Shown: positions 1-10,244, counted from the stretch's first letter. The stretch is 49,700 bases of DNA from Polyangiales bacterium (GCA_038230375.1 JBBRNJ010000065.1:1-49700); one strand, 5' to 3'. Notes: generated from the sequence alone by a model not told the origin. Program-made: numbers and translations.

Positions 1-1
1 C

Positions 2-109
2 ACGCCCCAGGCCGCATTTCAGACGCTCCTTGGTCTCGGAACCAGCCAGGGGCCCACGACCTACAAGCAGATCCAAAAGGCAGAACGACAACCGCCCCAC
101 AAGCGGTAG
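2..109 (+). mobile_element. 3' end of a probable IS1595-family transposase (partial, runs off the left edge)
   Basis: Frame 2 reads TPQAAFQTLLGLGTSQGPTTYKQIQKAERQPPHKR* (TAG 107-109), resembling the AAFxxLLG...PxTY tail that follows FRFNRR in IS1595-family transposases. The stretch is more A-rich than neighbouring genes. Not in the ORF track. Confidence 0.6.
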
Positions 110-115
110 CGGCGA

Positions 116-136
116 GCTGAAACAACCGGACAAGCA
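116..136. mobile_element. Candidate right terminal inverted repeat of the IS
   Basis: GCTGAAACAACCGGACAAGCA lies just after the putative transposase stop. The partner IR would be outside the window, so this is unverified. Confidence 0.3.
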
Positions 137-144
137 GGAGATAG

Positions 145-1893
145 CTAGATCTCCTCCGGCAGCGGGAACCAGCGCAGGTGCTCGAAGTCCGAGGACAGCT
201 GCGCGCGCCGCGGGGTCGTCCCGGGTGCGGTCTGCACCACCGCGTCCAGGATCTTCCGCGCCTCTTCGATGTACGTTGGGAGGACCCACTCGGGCTCCGT
301 GGCGTGGCGTGCGCGATACGTGAGCTTGCCGCCGGCATAGCCCAGATCCGCAAGGCGCATGACGGTTGCGCTCTGCGTGCTTCGCTTGTGCACGAAGCGC
401 CCGCTCTCTGGATCGAAGTCGTACTGGGGTAAGAGCTTGTAGCCTTCGTTCGCGAGCAGGTTCACGGCGTCCAGCAGGAACTGGAAGACCGTCTCGCTCA
501 CGAAGTAGTTGAAGTTCACGCGCACCCAGCCGGGCTTGATGCCCTCGCAGCCGCGGACGATCTCGCGTTCGAACTCCTTCGAGCGTTCCAGGTCGATGCC
601 GAGCAGGCGGTGCCCATACGGTCCTGCGCATGCGCAGCCGGCGCGCGCCTGGATACCGAACAGATCGTTCAGCAGCGTGGCCACGAAGTTGTGGTGCAGG
701 TAGCGGCCGGTCGCACCGCTACTGGCGCTGTCAGCAGCGCATTTCGGCGCCTTGATCACGAACGACACGATCGACAGTCGCCACGCATCCTTGTTGCCAA
801 GGAGCTGGATGTTCGGATTCTTGCTCCACTCCGCGATGGCGCGCTTGATGAACGCCTCTTCGTGCCGTCGGATCGTGTCGGTCCCGACCGCTTCCTTCAG
901 CTGGAAGACCAGGCCCGCCCGCACGGACTCGATGATGGCGGGCGTGCCGCCCTCTTCGCGGTGCTCGGGGTCGGTCAGGTAGCGGTGCTCGAGCGTGTTC
1001 ACGTAGGAGACGGTGCCGCCGCCCGGCGCCGCGGGTACTTGATTGTCGAACAGCTTGCGCTTTGCCACGAGGACACCAGGCGTGCCAGGGCCACCGATGA
1101 ACTTGTGCGGCGAGAGGAAGATCGCGTCCTTGTACGCCAGGTGCCCGTCCGGTCCGTCGTACTTGGGATTCATCTCTATCTGCACATAGGGCGCGGCTGC
1201 GGCGAAATCCCAGAAGGCGAGCGCGCCGTGTTTGTGGAGAAGCGTGGATACTGCACGCGTATCCGTGCCAATGCCCGTGACGTTCGACGCCGCGGAGAAG
1301 CTGCCGATCTTGATCGGTCGGTCTGCGTGAAGCACCAGCGCCTCTTCCAGATGCGGGAGCGACACGTGCCCGTCCAGGTCTTCCGGAATGACGACGACGT
1401 CCGCGATGGACTCGCGCCACGGCAGCTCGTTCGAGTGGTGCTCGTACGGTCCGATGAAGACGACGGGGCGCTGGTTCTTCGGGATCAGGGACGTGAGCTT
1501 CCACTTCTCGTCCAGGTTCTTCGGCACGCGCAGGTTCATCACGTCGAGCAGGCGATTGATCGCTGCCGTCGCGCCCGAGCCACAGAAGATCATGCAGTCT
1601 TCGTCCGTCGCACCCACGGAGTCCTTGATCACCTGGCGCGCGTCCTCACGCAGGCGCGTGGTCTGCAGGCCGGTGCTGGACGACTCCGTATGCGTGTTCG
1701 CGTAGCGCGGCAGCACCTCTGCGCGGATGAAGTCCTCCAGGAACGCGAGCGAGCGACCCGACGCAGTGTAGTCCGCGTACGTGATGCGTCGTGGTCCGAA
1801 CGGGCCCACGAGCACCTCGTCGTCGCCGATGATGGATGCCCGGATGGTGTCCACGAGCCGCGCCCGATCTTCCACGCCGGTCTTCGCGCTCAT
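145..1893 (-). CDS. Class V PLP-dependent aminotransferase / cysteine desulfurase-like protein
   Basis: YADYTASG, YANTH, EHHSNELPW, FSAASNVTG, SPHK (PLP Lys), GGTP and RAGCACAGPY motifs. Start trimmed to ATG 1893 (MSAKTG). Confidence 0.88.
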   Translation of the reverse strand: MSAKTGVEDRARLVDTIRASIIGDDEVLVGPFGPRRITYADYTASGRSLAFLEDFIRAEVLPRYANTHTESSSTGLQTTRLREDARQVIKDSVGATDEDCMIFCGSGATAAINRLLDVMNLRVPKNLDEKWKLTSLIPKNQRPVVFIGPYEHHSNELPWRESIADVVVIPEDLDGHVSLPHLEEALVLHADRPIKIGSFSAASNVTGIGTDTRAVSTLLHKHGALAFWDFAAAAPYVQIEMNPKYDGPDGHLAYKDAIFLSPHKFIGGPGTPGVLVAKRKLFDNQVPAAPGGGTVSYVNTLEHRYLTDPEHREEGGTPAIIESVRAGLVFQLKEAVGTDTIRRHEEAFIKRAIAEWSKNPNIQLLGNKDAWRLSIVSFVIKAPKCAADSASSGATGRYLHHNFVATLLNDLFGIQARAGCACAGPYGHRLLGIDLERSKEFEREIVRGCEGIKPGWVRVNFNYFVSETVFQFLLDAVNLLANEGYKLLPQYDFDPESGRFVHKRSTQSATVMRLADLGYAGGKLTYRARHATEPEWVLPTYIEEARKILDAVVQTAPGTTPRRAQLSSDFEHLRWFPLPEEI

Positions 1894-1903
1894 TGACCGC
1901 CGC

Positions 1904-2215
1904 TCATTTCTTCTCGCCACCATGACAGCGTGGCGAGTCGTTTGCGGCGGGCTGCGCATCCCACTCGGAGGGCGTACGCGCCGTGATCGCAAGCGCGTGC
2001 AGGCCCTTTGCGAGCTCGTCACCCAGCGCGGCGTAGACGAGCTTGTGGCGCGCCACCGGACTCTTGCCCTCGAAGGCGGGCGCCACGATCACGACCTTGA
2101 AATGCGTCTCCGAGCCCTTGGGCACGTTGTGGCCATGGCTCTCGTTCTCGACCTCGAGCACGAGGGGAGACATGCTCGCACGCAAGGTTTCGGTGATGCG
2201 ATGTTGCCGATCCAT
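1904..2215 (-). CDS. bolA: BolA family protein
   Basis: NESHGH, SETHFKVVIV, FEGKSPVARHKLVY, LHALAI and SPRC motifs. ATG 2215. Confidence 0.92.
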   Translation of the reverse strand: MDRQHRITETLRASMSPLVLEVENESHGHNVPKGSETHFKVVIVAPAFEGKSPVARHKLVYAALGDELAKGLHALAITARTPSEWDAQPAANDSPRCHGGEKK

Positions 2216-2222
2216 AGCAACA

Positions 2223-2228
2223 ACTCTA
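2223..2228 (-). promoter_or_regulatory. -10 box TAGAGT, 7 nt before the bolA ATG (leaderless-type)
   Basis: Minus strand TAGAGT-tgttgct-ATG with no SD. Confidence 0.55.
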
Positions 2229-2260
2229 GCCCACAAAGACACGCGCGACAGGATCGGTGG

Positions 2261-3601
<1,341 letters not shown>

Positions 3602-3875
3602 GGGGTGCCTTCTTTCGATTCCGCGCTGGCGGTGAACGTTCAACGGGGAATGGCGACGGAAGCGAACAATCGAACGGGTACAGAGGCGAGCGCCTCAAAG
3701 ACTTCGACGAAAGAAACAACGTTTCGAGCTGGTGCTTGTTTCCAAAAAATCGGTTTGGGGGATGGGGAGGGCGGACGGATCCGTCTACAAAGTGTGGCAC
3801 GCAGCGGAACCCTCGGCCAAAAACGCCGGAGGAGCCCGCTGGGGCACCTGGGAGAACGTGGGTCCGCGGTGGGGT

Positions 3876-4586
3876 TTATGCAAGATCCGGAGTCACGCCC
3901 GGCTTGACTTCGACCGTGAGCGCGTGGCGAAGCCGTGACAGATACTCTTCCCGGGGGATCTCGCGGCAGCCGAGCGACTCCAGGTGGTAGTTGTGGACCT
4001 GCGCGTCAAACAGGGTGAAACCACGGGCGAACAGCCTGTTTGCCATCTCGTAGAAGGCGATCTTCGAGGCGTCCGTGACGCGATGGAACATGGATTCCCC
4101 CGCGAAGACGCCCCCTATCGATACCCCGTAAATTCCGCCGATCAACGCGCGTTCAGGTCCGCGTTCGTCCCACACTTCCAGGCTCTCCGCCCAGCCAAGC
4201 TCATGCAGCTGGGCGTACCCGGCGAGGAGCTCGGGTGTGATCCACGTGCCCTGGTCGCGCTCCGTTCCGCACGCTTTTGCGACATCCAGAAACGCCTCAT
4301 TGGTGGTGATTCGGTACGGGTGAGAGCGAAGGGTGGCGCGCATTCTTCGCGATGGGGAGACGCTGCCGTCGAGCGGATAAATCATGCGCTCCTCCGGCGA
4401 GAACCACAGGACGCGCTTGTTTGCCTTGCCGTGAGGCCACGGAAAGATGCCGGAGCGATAAGCGGTGAGCAGCGTTCCCGGACGGAAGTCCGTTCCCACA
4501 GCGACGATCCCCTCGACCGCGTCGCGCGGATCGGGGAACACGATGCCGGTGGGCGGCGGCTCGATCCTTGGGCGGGTCAGCGTCAG
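3876..4586 (-). CDS. aat: Leucyl/phenylalanyl-tRNA--protein transferase
   Basis: FPDP, LLTAYRSGIFPW, LWFSP, GTWIT, FAGESMF, DASKIA and FDAQ motifs. Start is either CTG 4586 (CTGA overlap with the upstream stop) or GTG 4541. Confidence 0.9.
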   Translation of the reverse strand: MTLTRPRIEPPPTGIVFPDPRDAVEGIVAVGTDFRPGTLLTAYRSGIFPWPHGKANKRVLWFSPEERMIYPLDGSVSPSRRMRATLRSHPYRITTNEAFLDVAKACGTERDQGTWITPELLAGYAQLHELGWAESLEVWDERGPERALIGGIYGVSIGGVFAGESMFHRVTDASKIAFYEMANRLFARGFTLFDAQVHNYHLESLGCREIPREEYLSRLRHALTVEVKPGVTPDLA

Positions 4587-5446
4587 GTCGCCTTGCTCGC
4601 CTTCTCGTCCACGTGGACCATCTTCTGACCGAAGTCCACGAGCACCTCGCCGCTGTCCTTCATGGCCTTCGCGCTGGCGATGACGCCCTTCTTGATCAGG
4701 GGGAGGTGGAGCAGCACCTTTGGGTTGGTGATCGCGGACTGCGCGTTCATCACGAGCGCCTGACCTTGCTGCGCGAGCTTGATCGCCTTCTGGCCCACGA
4801 CGGGGACGAGCTGCACCATCACCGCGCCCAGATCGACGAGCGTGTTGAACCGCGCGATGAGCTCGCTGTCGACCTCTGCGCCGCCCTGGATCTTCGCGCG
4901 CACCTTGTCGATCTGCGCCCACAGCTCCACCTTTGCGTCCACGCCGCTGTCCAGGATCTTCGCAGCGAGCTGGCGCATCTGCGAGATGGCCTCCGTGCAC
5001 TCGTACACGAGCGCGTAGATCTCCTGCGCGCTCTGGAAGAAGCCGTCGTAGTCCGCAACGCCGATCTTCACGTACTCGAACGGGATGGGCTCCTTCGTCT
5101 TCGCGTCGATCGCATGGCCGACGAAGTTCACGTTCGCGTCGTCCTCGTACTTCGCGAAGCCGGGCGAGAGGTCCTTCAGCGCGACCTTCCCGGGAGGCGG
5201 TACCTCGGTGAGCTTCTTGAGCTGCAGCTCGAGCTCGTTCGTGATCATGGTGAGGTCGTGCCCGAGCTCCTCCATGTGACCCGGCAGCTGCGCGAGCGAG
5301 CCCTGCCAGTGCGTCTCCTTGTGATCGACGGTGCCGTCCGAGTGTTGCACGGTCATCGACGTGTGCATCTGCACCGGGATGTGCTCGCAGCCGAGCGACA
5401 GGAAGCCGACCGTCAACCCGGCAAGGACGAGGCGAGAGGTTCTCAT
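4583..5446 (-). CDS. Hypothetical alpha-helical lipoprotein
   Basis: MRTSRLVLAGLTVGFLSLG-C lipobox and GC3-rich codon usage. Confidence 0.75.
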   Translation of the reverse strand: MRTSRLVLAGLTVGFLSLGCEHIPVQMHTSMTVQHSDGTVDHKETHWQGSLAQLPGHMEELGHDLTMITNELELQLKKLTEVPPPGKVALKDLSPGFAKYEDDANVNFVGHAIDAKTKEPIPFEYVKIGVADYDGFFQSAQEIYALVYECTEAISQMRQLAAKILDSGVDAKVELWAQIDKVRAKIQGGAEVDSELIARFNTLVDLGAVMVQLVPVVGQKAIKLAQQGQALVMNAQSAITNPKVLLHLPLIKKGVIASAKAMKDSGEVLVDFGQKMVHVDEKASKAT

Positions 5447-5454
5447 GGCCCGCC

Positions 5455-5460
5455 ATACTA
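5455..5460 (-). promoter_or_regulatory. -10 box TAGTAT, 8 nt before ATG 5446
   Basis: Minus strand TAGTAT-ggcgggcc-ATG. Confidence 0.5.
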
Positions 5461-5551
5461 CGGGCTGCGGCACCAGCCCGACAATGGTGACTCGCGTCGA
5501 GCGGCGGGCAAAACGGCACATTTGCGTGGCTTCTACGCCTCGCGCCTGTGG

Positions 5552-6076
5552 CTACCCGTTGGGGCGCGCGCGCACCATCAGGTGGAGCTCGCGGTCGTCC
5601 TCGTGATCGCGAACCTTGCGAAGGAAGCGAAATCCGGCCTTCTCGTAGGTGCGGATGGCGCGCGCGTTCTCCACGTGGGGATCGATGATGCACTGGGTGA
5701 TCGTTCCGTCGGCGAAGACGTGCTCGCGGAGCAGCTTCTCGATCACGAGCACACCAAGGCCGCGGCCGATCATGGGAAGCTCGCCGATCAGGATGTCGCA
5801 GTTCGCGGCGTTGGGATCGGAGACCTGGTAGCTGGCGCTCATGTCCGGGAAGTCACCGAAGCGCGACCAGCCCACCATGCCGATCGGCCGCCCGTCGGCG
5901 ACGACGATGAACGAGAACACCCGCTCGCGGCCCTCGAAGTACGCGGTGAACTCTTCGGCGACGTCGGCAGGCGTGCGCTCGCCGAACCATGCGCGCACGT
6001 GGTCCGCCGAGAACCATGCCTGGAGCAGCGGCAGATCCTCTGGCGTTGCCGCGCGGAGCACGAGGGTGTCCGTCAT
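5552..6076 (-). CDS. GNAT N-acetyltransferase, AAC(6')-Ib / Acetyltransf_8-like
   Basis: HVRAWF, GRPIG, DILIGE..GRGLG and IDPHVENARAIRTYEKAGF motifs. ATG overlaps the upstream TGA (ATGA, 6073-6076). Confidence 0.85.
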   Translation of the reverse strand: MTDTLVLRAATPEDLPLLQAWFSADHVRAWFGERTPADVAEEFTAYFEGRERVFSFIVVADGRPIGMVGWSRFGDFPDMSASYQVSDPNAANCDILIGELPMIGRGLGVLVIEKLLREHVFADGTITQCIIDPHVENARAIRTYEKAGFRFLRKVRDHEDDRELHLMVRARPNG

Positions 6077-7275
6077 GTCGCCACCGTGGCCGCGGGTGTG
6101 ATGCGCTTGCGGGCGATCACCAGCGGAACCATGACCAGGTACATGACCGCTCCGCAGATCCACACGGCGCCGATCCAGGAGTGCTTCGTGGCGGCGTAGA
6201 GCATGGTGCCCAGGAGCGGACCGACGATCGCGGTGAGGCTCGTGACGCTGGAGAGCACGCCTTGCAGCTCGCCCTGCTTGTCGTCGCTGACATCCCGTGT
6301 CGCGAGCGACTGCACCGCCGGCGGCCCCACGCCTGCGATCGCGAACAGCGGCGCGATCGCGAACGCGACCCACCCGTGCGTCGCGAGCCCGATGATGATG
6401 AACGCCGCGCAGTCGAAGACGGTGCCGATGACGATGGTGCGGAGCTCGCCGAAGCGCTTCGTGACGGGCCCTACAAGGAGCACCTGCGAGCCCGCGTGGC
6501 AGAGCCCGAACGTCGCGAGCGACAGCCCCACGGTGACCCCGCTCCAGTGGAACTTGTCCATGCCGTAGAGCACCCACACCGTGCCGGGGATGTTGCCGAC
6601 CAGGCCCACCAGGAACACCATCCCGATCAGCGGCACGAGTGGCTTCACGCCGAACGCCCATCGCATGGGCCCCATGGGGTTGAAAGACGCGAGCGTGAGG
6701 GGCTTTGCGGTTGCCCTCGTGAGGTCGCGCGACTCTGGCAGGACGAAGAACACCAGCGCCAGGTTCAGCGCGTTCAACACCGCCGCGACGACGAATGGAC
6801 CGCGCAGCCACACGTCGCCCAGCACGCCTCCGATCAGCGGTCCCACGATGAAGCCGATGCCGAAGCACGCGCTCATGTAGCCGAACCGCTTCGCGCGCTC
6901 CGCCTCGTCCGTGATGTCGGCGATGTACGCGGTGGCGACAGCCATGTTCGCGCTGGTGAGGCCAGCGATCGCACGGCCCACGAGCAGGACGCCGAACGCA
7001 GGCGACACCGACATCACGATGTAGTCGACGGTCGCGCCGCTGATCGATGCGAGGAGCACGGGCCGACGGCCGTAGCGATCACTCATCGCGCCGAGCACCG
7101 GCGAGAAGATGAACTGCATCAGCGAGTAGAGCGCGAGCACCACGCCATAGAGGATGGAAATCTCCGCCGACCCCGTCAGCTCCGAAAGGAGCCGCGGCAG
7201 GATGGGGAAGATCAGGCCGATGCCAACAGCGTCGAGCGTGATGACGGAGAGAATGACGAGAAGGCGGCGCTGCAT
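6073..7275 (-). CDS. TetA-like MFS efflux pump (TCR/Tet, DHA1 family)
   Basis: LDAVGIGLIFPILP, motif A GAMSDRYGRRPVLL, GRAIAGLT..AYIADIT, FGIGFIVGPLIGG and QGELQG. 400 aa, about 12 hydrophobic segments. Confidence 0.9.
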   Translation of the reverse strand: MQRRLLVILSVITLDAVGIGLIFPILPRLLSELTGSAEISILYGVVLALYSLMQFIFSPVLGAMSDRYGRRPVLLASISGATVDYIVMSVSPAFGVLLVGRAIAGLTSANMAVATAYIADITDEAERAKRFGYMSACFGIGFIVGPLIGGVLGDVWLRGPFVVAAVLNALNLALVFFVLPESRDLTRATAKPLTLASFNPMGPMRWAFGVKPLVPLIGMVFLVGLVGNIPGTVWVLYGMDKFHWSGVTVGLSLATFGLCHAGSQVLLVGPVTKRFGELRTIVIGTVFDCAAFIIIGLATHGWVAFAIAPLFAIAGVGPPAVQSLATRDVSDDKQGELQGVLSSVTSLTAIVGPLLGTMLYAATKHSWIGAVWICGAVMYLVMVPLVIARKRITPAATVAT

Positions 7276-7277
7276 CG

Positions 7278-7391
7278 GTCGAGGTCGAGGTCGAGGCTGT
7301 CGTCGAGGTCGAAGTCGTCGTCGAGGTCGAGGTCGAGGTCGAGGTCGAGGTCAAGGTCGAAGTCGAGGTCGAGGTCGAGGTCGAGGTCGTC
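7278..7391. repeat. Intergenic hexamer tandem repeat A: 19 units, mainly GTCGAG
   Basis: Read directly. Variants GTCGAA, GTCAAG, GTCGTC and GCTGTC. Fills 114 of the 123 nt between the peptidase stop and the tetA-like ATG. Confidence 0.95.
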
Positions 7392-7398
7392 TGGCGAG

Positions 7399-9507
7399 CT
7401 ACTCGAGGCGGATCGAGTAGTAGAAGCTCGGCTTCGGGGCTCGCAGGGTCCTCTCCGTGATCGTGTTGCGGAGCTTGTCGTCCTTCCCGACGTCCACGTA
7501 CTGCTTCACGAGCGCCTCGGCGCCCGGCTTGTCGCCCTTGCCCTTGATCTGCGCGGAGATGGTCATCATCTTCGTGACGGCTCCGGGGAGCTTCGCGAAA
7601 TCGATGTTCATGCAGCCCTTGTCGGTGCCGTTCGCGGCCATCTTGCTGTCGTCCCACTTGGCCGCGCCTTCGGTCATGAAGACGCCGAGCTGGATGGCCG
7701 CGAGCTGGCTGTACGCCTTCGGGTGGCCGTCGTCGTCGTACATGCCGCGCGAGATGTGGCCGAAGCCCCAGAGGATGTCACGCACGTGGGACTTCTGCGC
7801 CTCTGCCTTGCTGTACTCGCCCTTCTCGCTGAGCCAGTCGATGAAGTAGAGCGCGCCGGACTGCGCCTTCAGCTCCTCGAGCATGCTTGCGAGCCCGCCG
7901 CCGAACGCCTCGCGGTCGATCTTGCCGGCGACCTTGTACTGGTGCGACGGACCAAGGTTGTGCGTGGCCTCGTGAAGGACCGTCGAGAAGAGGAGCGGCT
8001 CCGGGTCGCGCGTGTAGAGCGCCATGGTCTCCACACAGAGCATCGACTTCGCCGTGGACTCGAGCGCGTCCATGGAATCCGCGTCCGTATAGAAGTTCGT
8101 CATGGCCACGGTGCGGCCGCGGCCCTGGTTCGCGACCGGTCCGAAGTTCGGCAGCGACTGACCGATCGTGGCGCCGAACGCGGGGCGCGAGTCACCGGCG
8201 TTCACGATCACGTCCATGAAGTCTGGCAGCTTGAAGGACACCTTGCGCGCGACGTATGGCGGACCCGCGAGCTTGGCGATCGCGTTCTCCATCTCCGTCT
8301 TCTTCGGGTCCAGCTGCTTCTGCCACTTGAGCGAAGCCTGGTTGATCCTGCCGAAGCTCACGTGGAAGAGCGCCTTCGTGCTGCACGGCTCTGCATAGGT
8401 CTCGTCCGGGCCGATGCGCAGGTACCACTTGGAGTTGGTGGCGCCCATCTTGGCCCACGCCTCGTCAGCGGGGACCCAGTCGTTCGTGCGGAAGGATTTC
8501 GCGGCGGCGGTGAGGTACGCCTTCATCGCGGCCTCGTCCGGGCTCGCAATGTCGGCGATGGCTGCGTCGAGCTCCTTTGCGATCGCCTCCATGTCGTCCT
8601 TGAACGCGACGGTGTAGGGGACGGCCTTCAGCTCGATGTTCGGATTCTTGTCGGTCGGCGTGCGCGGGACCTCCGTCACGACCGTGAACGGGTCCATCAG
8701 CTTCTTGTCTTTGTTCTTCGTGAGGTCGTCACAGAACTTGGGCTGCGCGAGCAGGCGCGCCGGGTAGAGGCCGGAGATCTTGCCCTGCACGCCGCCGGGG
8801 ATCGCGCTGCATGCGGGATCGTTCTGGGTGAGCGGCGCACCGCACTTTGGGCCCTGCGACCGGAAGTAGAGCGCGCGCGACTGCGTGTCCCCTGCAGGGA
8901 TCTTCGCGACGAGCTCCGCAGTGCCTTCCTGCTTGCCGTAGAGCTTCTCGATCATCGTGGCGGCCGCGAGGATGTGCCGCACGAACTTCTTGTCCTCTTC
9001 CGGCGCCTTCGAGAGATCGGTCACGACCACGGTGGGACGGCCCTGCGCGAGCTCCTTCACCACGGCCGTGCGACGCGCGGCCTCTTCCTTGGTGAGCCCG
9101 TCGGTGACCAGGCCCTTGGTGTAGCGCTCGAAGATGCGCGCCTGGACATGGCGGAACTTGTGCGTGTACTGGCCGTTGGCGACGTAGTCGGAGAGCTTCG
9201 ACGTCGGATCCACGCCCCAGAGGAGCGCGAGCTCGGGCTCGTCGGCAAGGACGTCCTTGTCCTTGTCCTCGACCCAGAAGATCGGGAGGTCGAGCTCGGC
9301 GGCGATGCGGTTCCAGTCAGCACGCGGCACCGTCTTCACGACGGGCGGCGCGGGGGGCGTCGGCGTGCTTGCCACGGGCGCGACCGACGCCGACGGCATG
9401 GGTGCAGTCTGCACGGGCGTCTGCGGCTCCGGCGGATCACCGCAGCCAGCGGCGAGCGAAGCCAAAAGCAGAGAAGAGAGGACGCCTGACCGAGCCGTGA
9501 TCTTCAT
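7399..9507 (-). CDS. Lipoprotein zinc metallopeptidase, M49 (DPP III)-like
   Basis: Lipobox LAAG-C, IGPDETY, IGQSLPN, HEATHNLGP (HExxH) and LEELKA (EExKA) motifs. Confidence 0.75.
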   Translation of the reverse strand: MKITARSGVLSSLLLASLAAGCGDPPEPQTPVQTAPMPSASVAPVASTPTPPAPPVVKTVPRADWNRIAAELDLPIFWVEDKDKDVLADEPELALLWGVDPTSKLSDYVANGQYTHKFRHVQARIFERYTKGLVTDGLTKEEAARRTAVVKELAQGRPTVVVTDLSKAPEEDKKFVRHILAAATMIEKLYGKQEGTAELVAKIPAGDTQSRALYFRSQGPKCGAPLTQNDPACSAIPGGVQGKISGLYPARLLAQPKFCDDLTKNKDKKLMDPFTVVTEVPRTPTDKNPNIELKAVPYTVAFKDDMEAIAKELDAAIADIASPDEAAMKAYLTAAAKSFRTNDWVPADEAWAKMGATNSKWYLRIGPDETYAEPCSTKALFHVSFGRINQASLKWQKQLDPKKTEMENAIAKLAGPPYVARKVSFKLPDFMDVIVNAGDSRPAFGATIGQSLPNFGPVANQGRGRTVAMTNFYTDADSMDALESTAKSMLCVETMALYTRDPEPLLFSTVLHEATHNLGPSHQYKVAGKIDREAFGGGLASMLEELKAQSGALYFIDWLSEKGEYSKAEAQKSHVRDILWGFGHISRGMYDDDGHPKAYSQLAAIQLGVFMTEGAAKWDDSKMAANGTDKGCMNIDFAKLPGAVTKMMTISAQIKGKGDKPGAEALVKQYVDVGKDDKLRNTITERTLRAPKPSFYYSIRLE

Positions 9508-9515
9508 GGCCAAAG

Positions 9516-9544
9516 TCAGTAGTCGGGGAGGCGTCCCGGGTCAA
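9516..9544 (-). promoter_or_regulatory. sigma70-type promoter TTGACC-N17-TACTGA, 8 nt before ATG 9507
   Basis: Exact 17-bp spacing seen in the sequence. Confidence 0.55.
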
Positions 9545-9554
9545 TCCTGGGGCG

Positions 9555-10124
9555 TCAGTGCGGCATGCCGCCTGGCAGGCAGATGCCCGTCTGCGGATTG
9601 CATGCGGCCGTCGCTGCGCAGTCGGAGGCGGTGGCGCACGGGAAGACGCATTTACCGTACTGCGTGTTGCAGCGAGCAAGGCCGCACGTCATGTCGCTCT
9701 GACACGGGAGCGCAAGCGGGCCGGGCGCGGACATCGGCGGAGGCGCGGGCGGCGCGGTCGGCTGCGTCTGCGGCTGCGGATATTGCGGCGGAGGCTGCTG
9801 CGGCGGAGGCTGCTGCGGCGGAGGCTGCTGCGGGTAGGGCTGCTGCGGCGGAGGCTGCTGGGGGTACGGCTGCTGCGGCGGTTGCTGCTGCGGGTAGGGC
9901 TGCTGCGGCGGTTGCTGCTGGGGGTACGGCTGCTGCTGCGGAGGCTGCTGGGGGTACGGCTGCTGCTGCTGCGGGTAGGGTTGCTGCTGCGGATAAGGCT
10001 GCTGCTGCGGATACTGCTGCGGCGGGGGCGTCGCGCCCTGTGCGGTGGCCGGCGGCGGGTCCTCCTTGCAGGCGGTGGCGAGCACGACGACAAGGGCGGT
10101 GGATGCAAGTGCGAAGTTCTTCAT
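9555..10124 (-). CDS. Lipoprotein with Gln/Pro/Tyr repeats and a C-terminal 8-Cys domain
   Basis: MKNFALASTALVVVLATA-C, then (PQQPYPQQ/PPQQ)n, then CQSDMTCGLARCNTQYGKCVFPCATASDCAATAACNPQTGIC. Confidence 0.8.
   Translation of the reverse strand: MKNFALASTALVVVLATACKEDPPPATAQGATPPPQQYPQQQPYPQQQPYPQQQQPYPQQPPQQQPYPQQQPPQQPYPQQQPPQQPYPQQPPPQQPYPQQPPPQQPPPQQPPPQYPQPQTQPTAPPAPPPMSAPGPLALPCQSDMTCGLARCNTQYGKCVFPCATASDCAATAACNPQTGICLPGGMPH
9781..10022. repeat. Coding tandem repeats (CAG/CCG/TAC) of the Q/P/Y region
   Basis: Repeated ggctgctgcggcgga and gggtagggctgctg units on the + strand. Confidence 0.9.
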
Positions 10125-10244
10125 GAATGGGCTCCGGCCCGAAGTGTTGCCGGTTGTGGCGCGCACGTCCACCGATTCGAACGGCGCCCGCACTACGGTG
10201 CCTTCCAGCGCCCTGGCGGCCGCAAAATCCTATACGCTCGGGCC

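Noticed and set aside
3876..5693. 605-aa ORF suggesting an extended or frameshift-fused Aat
   Set aside because: The N-terminal part is an alternative frame over the 4583-5446 lipoprotein. No slippery site was seen.
7276..7401. Read-through fusion of the peptidase and TetA-like pump (same frame)
   Set aside because: A second in-frame stop (TGA, 7351-7353) lies within the repeat.
5989..9489. 1166-aa + strand ORF and similar long ORFs (610-1896, 1781-3073, 4568-6199, 24921-26240, 30912-32423)
   Set aside because: Antisense shadows of well-supported genes, expected in GC3-rich DNA. No motifs.
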